The notes below the pieces were generated by a model, which did no database searches, was not told the origin of the DNA, and saw only the letters and a list, made by a program, of their open reading frames with translations. The position numbers and the translations under genes were made by a program. Positions 59,522 to 64,000 of a stretch of 64,000 nt of DNA are shown here, piece after piece. The first letter of the stretch is position 1, and each line of letters begins with the position of its first letter. The stretch is from an uncultured virus (IMG/VR IMGVR_UViG_3300042868_010712) (taxonomy: Duplodnaviria; Heunggongvirae; Uroviricota; Caudoviricetes), in IMG/VR virus record IMGVR_UViG_3300042868_010712, positions 1-64,000 of that record; one strand, written 5' to 3'.

Positions 59522-61579
59522 ATGGAACTTCAAAAACTAATACTCAAAAACTTCAGGAGTCATAAAAATTTGACGCTTGATTTTAACGCAGGTGTAACCG
59601 GTATTGTTGGCGGCAACGGCACCGGCAAGTCGAGTATTGTAGAAGCTATAATCTTCCTCCTTACGGGGGAGGGTTATGGTAAGACTAAGGCAGATATGCT
59701 TACTGTAGGACAGGTCTCTGGTCATGTGGTTGGGCATATGCTGATAGACGGCAAGGAAGCCATCCTGGAGCGGCACACGGATACCGCAAAGGTAAACCTT
59801 AAATACGATGGCAAGGTTTACAAGAAGAGCAGTGAAGTAAACGAGCTGTGGGACCAGCTGTTCCAGATCGACAAGCATCTAGTACAGAATGTAATTGTCT
59901 CAAATCAGGGTGAGATAGCGTTACTGTTCAACGGAGACAATAGTACTAAAGAGAAGCTCTTTCAGAAGATCTTCATGGTACCTAATACAACCAAGCTCAG
60001 AGATACAGTCTGGAATGGTTATATAAAGACTGCTCCTCCAGAGTATCCTGTAAAGAACTTGGATGAGCTTAAAAACGATCAGCAGCTCTTAGAGCAGATT
60101 ATTCTGATGACCTCAGAGCAGCTGGCTACGCTGGATGCTCCTAAGCTACAGATTGATTACAACAGGCTTACCTCTCGTAAGACTGAACTAGAGAAAGTCA
60201 TCAGCGACGAGCGGGTATCGTCAGGGCTTAGCGACAAGCTTACTAGTCTTCTAGGTGAGCTAGCGGATATCTCAAGCAAGGTAGTACGTATAGAAAATAA
60301 CCTAAGTAACATCAACTATGATGAAATAATAGGGGCTATTGCTGAGATGGACGCAGTAGAGCGCCAGGTAGCCCAGAAGACCAGACTGAGTGCAGAATTA
60401 GCGCAGCTTAAGCGGCCTGCAGTTAATGTTACAAAAGATGAACTTGATAATCTATCTGCAGACATTGCCCAACAGGAAGGCAAACTTAAGGAGAAAAGAG
60501 ATACGCTTGCAGGATTAAACGACAAGCTAAAATCCTACGAGCAGAAGGGTCTGTCTTCTGAGACTACCACATGTCCCACATGCGGCTCAGAGCTGAAGGA
60601 TACTGCTCAGGTTATAGCACACATTCAGGCAGAAGTTGATATGGTTATTTTTGAGGGAATTAAACTCAAAGATAAACTGACAGCACTGCAGAAGGATAAA
60701 GAAATTAAGCAAGAAGAGTACAAACTGGTTGAGGAATATCAAAAAGCTAGAGATACACTTAATCTTAAGCTAGATGCTATAGGCGAGCTTGATTATAATC
60801 CAGAAGATCATGGTTTATATAAAATAATAGCAGAGAAATACAAGAACGATAAGTCCACGGTATCAGCGCTAAAGATCACAGAGAGTCAAAAACTACAGGA
60901 TGTTAACAGCGTAAGGTTGGCTATTGCCGCCCAGCGTGTATATGATGGAGCACATCCTGTAGGAGCAGAGGCTGAGCTTAGTGAGGTTGACACAAACCTG
61001 GCATCTGTATCCCGAGGTATACAAGCAGCCAAACAGCTAGAGATAGACCTGGCTGTAAAGACACAAGAGCTTAAAACTCGCCTAGAAGATATTAGGGAAA
61101 ATCAGGAGTATATTGAAAAGAATAAAAAGCGTGAAGAGTATACAAGTACCCTAGACGCTATTTATGACATTTTCCATCCTTCCAAATTTCCAAGAGCCTT
61201 GATCCAAACCTACAGTTCTACTGTAACTGAGTATATGAATGAGGTATTGGCTTCATTTGATTTCCCATACACAGCCAAAGTAAACGAAACTTTCGGAATT
61301 GATATATTCAATGAAGAAGGTTTACAGCTGCCTGCTGTATCAGGCGGTCAGCAGGTTATGGTCGGCTTTAGCTTACGTCTAGCGCTACATAACATGTTCG
61401 TAGGAGCATTCCCGTTCATGATTGTGGACGAGGGCAGCTATGGACTGAACGCAGAAAACAGCAAGAAATACTTCGAGATTATTCGAAGCCTGAACAAAAC
61501 AAGCAAGTTCAAACAGGTGATCGTCATCGACCATCACCCTGAGTTGAGCGATTACGTAGACAACACTATTAACTTATGA
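59522..61579 (+). CDS. sbcC: Rad50/SbcC-like (gp46) ABC ATPase
   Basis: GGNGTGKSS, Q-loop SNQGE, Zn hook CPTCG, signature SGGQ, VDEG, IDHH. Confidence 0.92.
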   Translation: MELQKLILKNFRSHKNLTLDFNAGVTGIVGGNGTGKSSIVEAIIFLLTGEGYGKTKADMLTVGQVSGHVVGHMLIDGKEAILERHTDTAKVNLKYDGKVYKKSSEVNELWDQLFQIDKHLVQNVIVSNQGEIALLFNGDNSTKEKLFQKIFMVPNTTKLRDTVWNGYIKTAPPEYPVKNLDELKNDQQLLEQIILMTSEQLATLDAPKLQIDYNRLTSRKTELEKVISDERVSSGLSDKLTSLLGELADISSKVVRIENNLSNINYDEIIGAIAEMDAVERQVAQKTRLSAELAQLKRPAVNVTKDELDNLSADIAQQEGKLKEKRDTLAGLNDKLKSYEQKGLSSETTTCPTCGSELKDTAQVIAHIQAEVDMVIFEGIKLKDKLTALQKDKEIKQEEYKLVEEYQKARDTLNLKLDAIGELDYNPEDHGLYKIIAEKYKNDKSTVSALKITESQKLQDVNSVRLAIAAQRVYDGAHPVGAEAELSEVDTNLASVSRGIQAAKQLEIDLAVKTQELKTRLEDIRENQEYIEKNKKREEYTSTLDAIYDIFHPSKFPRALIQTYSSTVTEYMNEVLASFDFPYTAKVNETFGIDIFNEEGLQLPAVSGGQQVMVGFSLRLALHNMFVGAFPFMIVDEGSYGLNAENSKKYFEIIRSLNKTSKFKQVIVIDHHPELSDYVDNTINL

Positions 61580-61674
61580 GTACGAGAACACAAACAAGAA
61601 CAAGAAGCGTCACCAGAGGAAACGTAACGATTCGTAAAACAGTAACAATCAGTAGAACAGTAAAGCGTAAATAA
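61576..61674 (+). CDS. Arg/Thr-rich micro-protein (32 aa, not in ORF track)
   Basis: Coupled on both sides (ATGA and TAATG). Confidence 0.55.
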   Translation: MSTRTQTRTRSVTRGNVTIRKTVTISRTVKRK

Positions 61675-61895
61675 TGAGTGATACTAAAAGACCCTGGACA
61701 ATAACTATGGATAAAACCAGAATGACTGCGCCACCGCCGCTAGGTCCTGGTTTCTCTATAGATGAGGCTGAAATTGCAGACTCGATGAGTATAACGTTTT
61801 CAGCCTTTAATGATCTTGGTGACGATTACACTATCTTCAATTTACACGCTAAAGATGGCTCAGTTGTAGCAACAAGAAAAATTAACGGATATTAA
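61674..61895 (+). CDS. Hypothetical protein
   Basis: 73 aa. Confidence 0.6.
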   Translation: MSDTKRPWTITMDKTRMTAPPPLGPGFSIDEAEIADSMSITFSAFNDLGDDYTIFNLHAKDGSVVATRKINGY

Positions 61896-61897
61896 GC

Positions 61898-62053
61898 ATG
61901 AAACATATAACTGACGAGATTGACAAAGCAATAGCTGAATTGCTAGTCTCTACCAAAAATAACGCAAAGCAGATAGCGAAAAAGACGCTGCTTAAAGTAC
62001 TAGCGGATTCTCCGCCAAAAAGCAGTAAAAAGAAAAAGCACAAGCTTATCTAG
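61898..62053 (+). CDS. Small basic protein (51 aa, not in ORF track)
   Basis: MKHITDEIDKAIAELL...KKKKHKLI. Confidence 0.5.
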   Translation: MKHITDEIDKAIAELLVSTKNNAKQIAKKTLLKVLADSPPKSSKKKKHKLI

Positions 62054-62057
62054 TAGC

Positions 62058-63515
62058 ATGAACATAAAGATCGTTCGATTTGATGGCGGGCTAAAAATAA
62101 ACCCATGTCCTGCATACGTTTCAAAGTTTCTCAAGTATCATCATAGAGAAATGAAGAGTATTGGGTACCAGCGGCAATGCGTGTTTGTTGAAAAATTACT
62201 ATACGCTACAGATCAGGACGGCTCTATATATACGCTACCAGGTTTTTATCACAGCCTGGTAGCGTTAATAGGTAAGCAGATGGATACTGTGGAGACGGAA
62301 GATCTCAGGACACCCATGCCTGACCCTGATTGGGCTAGCGTTAAAAAGATAAAGCTTAGAGACTACCAAAAAGAACCCACCTTAGATCTGATATTCAAAG
62401 GAATGGAAGACAGTGGGGTAATTAATGCTACTGGGGGGTTTGGGAAGACACACATCCAAGCTATCACTTACGCAGCGTGGAATGGTCTGAATACAATTCT
62501 AGCCATACCTCTAAAGCAGGTGGTCCTGCAGACGTATGAAAAGTTTAAGCAATTTTTCCCTGATAAACATATAGGTATAGTTGGCGACGGTAAACATGAT
62601 ATAAGTAATGATATTACTATAACTACGTTTAGGTCTTTACCCAGCTGCGCACTAGAGAAATGTCAATTGCTTCTAGTTGATGAAATGCAGTCTGCAGGTC
62701 AAGAGACTTTTCAAAACGCACTAAAACAAATGAAGCCTTACAGGGTGTTCGGCTTTTCAGCTACCACGGAAGGTATATTCAACAACACAGACAAGCTGTT
62801 AAAGGGCCTGTTTGGTGATGACCTGATATACTTCCCATACGAGGACGCTGAGGAGGCCGGCGCGGTTGTACCTGGTATGGTGTACATGGTCAACATGCCT
62901 GAAGACTTATTTATTGAAAATTATAATAATTTTGAAAGCAAGTTAAAGTACGGAATTAAAAGGTGTGATAAGCGCAACGAGATCATAGGACGAGTATGCT
63001 CCTTGATTCCAAAAGAGTGGCAGACTATTGTATTTATTGACCATGTTAAAGATCATCTGATTCCTATGTACAAGTATATGCCTAAAGAGACAAAATACCT
63101 GCATAGGGAGACCAGCAAGAAAAACGTAGGCGCATTTGCACTGACGCCGAAGCAGCAAAATAAAACAATCGAAGAATTCAGTAATAACGAGTTTCAAACA
63201 TTGATAGCTAGCGATGCGTTTAGAGCAGGTGTAGATATTCCTAACTGTCGTGTAGTCATTCAGGCTAGCGGCGGAAGCAGTAAAGTAGAAGTATTGCAGG
63301 AAGCTTACAGGGGAAGCCGAATACTTACGAAAGAACAGCGTGATAAATTTGGTCTTTCAGAAAAAACGCATTTTGTGCTTGTAGATTTTATGGACAACCA
63401 TGATCCTACACTAGAGGCAATGGCGAAAAAGCGGAAAAAGTATTATGAAGAGCAAGGATGGACAATCACTACAGTTGATCGCCCCGAAGACATAACATGG
63501 AATAGACAAAAATAA
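62058..63515 (+). CDS. Superfamily 2 helicase (UvsW/XPB-like)
   Basis: LRDYQ, GGFGKT, VDEMQ, SAT, GVDIP, Q..YRG.R. Confidence 0.88.
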   Translation: MNIKIVRFDGGLKINPCPAYVSKFLKYHHREMKSIGYQRQCVFVEKLLYATDQDGSIYTLPGFYHSLVALIGKQMDTVETEDLRTPMPDPDWASVKKIKLRDYQKEPTLDLIFKGMEDSGVINATGGFGKTHIQAITYAAWNGLNTILAIPLKQVVLQTYEKFKQFFPDKHIGIVGDGKHDISNDITITTFRSLPSCALEKCQLLLVDEMQSAGQETFQNALKQMKPYRVFGFSATTEGIFNNTDKLLKGLFGDDLIYFPYEDAEEAGAVVPGMVYMVNMPEDLFIENYNNFESKLKYGIKRCDKRNEIIGRVCSLIPKEWQTIVFIDHVKDHLIPMYKYMPKETKYLHRETSKKNVGAFALTPKQQNKTIEEFSNNEFQTLIASDAFRAGVDIPNCRVVIQASGGSSKVEVLQEAYRGSRILTKEQRDKFGLSEKTHFVLVDFMDNHDPTLEAMAKKRKKYYEEQGWTITTVDRPEDITWNRQK

Positions 63516-63536
63516 CGTATGAATGGAGTATGAGAT

Positions 63537-63809
63537 ATGACATACGAAGAAAAAAATAAACTACAGCGTGAAAAAGACATAGAGCGCGTAAAGGAAGCGC
63601 TTATTGTACTGCAGGCTTATTGGCTAGAAAGACCATATCTTAGGCTAGGTCAGCTAGTTATGAACGCCTTTCATGTTCTGCCGGAATACACTAAAAATCC
63701 TGAACCTGAAACTGCTGATGTGTTCTATTTACCGGACAATAGGCTGCTGGAAGGTTTATCCAAACTAGTAGAACAAGAACGTGAATCAAAGAGTAAAAGA
63801 ACTACTTAA
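63537..63809 (+). CDS. Conserved phage hypothetical protein
   Basis: W...P.LRLGQL...DVFY..D motif. Confidence 0.65.
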   Translation: MTYEEKNKLQREKDIERVKEALIVLQAYWLERPYLRLGQLVMNAFHVLPEYTKNPEPETADVFYLPDNRLLEGLSKLVEQERESKSKRTT

Positions 63810-64000
63810 GCTAAAGTTCGGAAAAGTAAAAAGCGTGTCGGGAGGCAGTTATAGAATTGCTTGCCCGACATGCGATCCGAAGAACAGCAAGAAGATGAAG
63901 AGGTACATCAACCCTGGATGGACCCAGAGTAGGTGTTTTATCTGTGAAGAGGCTATCCCTATACAAGAACTCCTTGGTGAAAATATAGTACTAGAAAGGG
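63781..64000 (+). CDS. Probable DNA primase, N-terminal Zn-binding domain (3' truncated)
   Basis: GTG start; CPTCD...SRCFIC; frame is open to the window end and follows the helicase. Confidence 0.55.
   Translation, partial: MNQRVKELLKLKFGKVKSVSGGSYRIACPTCDPKNSKKMKRYINPGWTQSRCFICEEAIPIQELLGENIVLER

Noticed and set aside
1..64000. Stop-codon reassignment
   Set aside because: Genes tile densely under the standard code, and TAA, TAG and TGA all terminate ORFs.

Overview
This 64 kb window is low-GC, gene-dense and almost entirely on the + strand. It looks like part of a large (jumbo-type) contractile-tailed dsDNA phage genome. 1-37.5 kb is a virion morphogenesis block: tail sheath end, tail tube, spike/hub, a tail-assembly chaperone pair joined by a -1 slippery site, tape measure, a sigma-70-family factor, gp25/J/I-like baseplate wedge genes, and five paralogous Cys-rich proteins. 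One of these paralogs is a 3479-aa Ig/FN3 giant. 37.5-45 kb holds twin extended -10 promoters, a candidate structured ncRNA, a degenerate primase-like gene, a KxA-rich protein, an AAA ATPase and the large terminase. 45-49.3 kb is a compact uncharacterised module: AT-hook protein, Ycf46-like AAA+ ATPase, DUF3150-, DUF1257- and DUF2997-like proteins and a small partner. 49.9-64 kb carries Mre11/SbcD and Rad50/SbcC separated by about 25 small ORFs and UvsE, then an SF2 helicase and the start of a primase. All family calls come from motif recognition by eye; no database searches were run.
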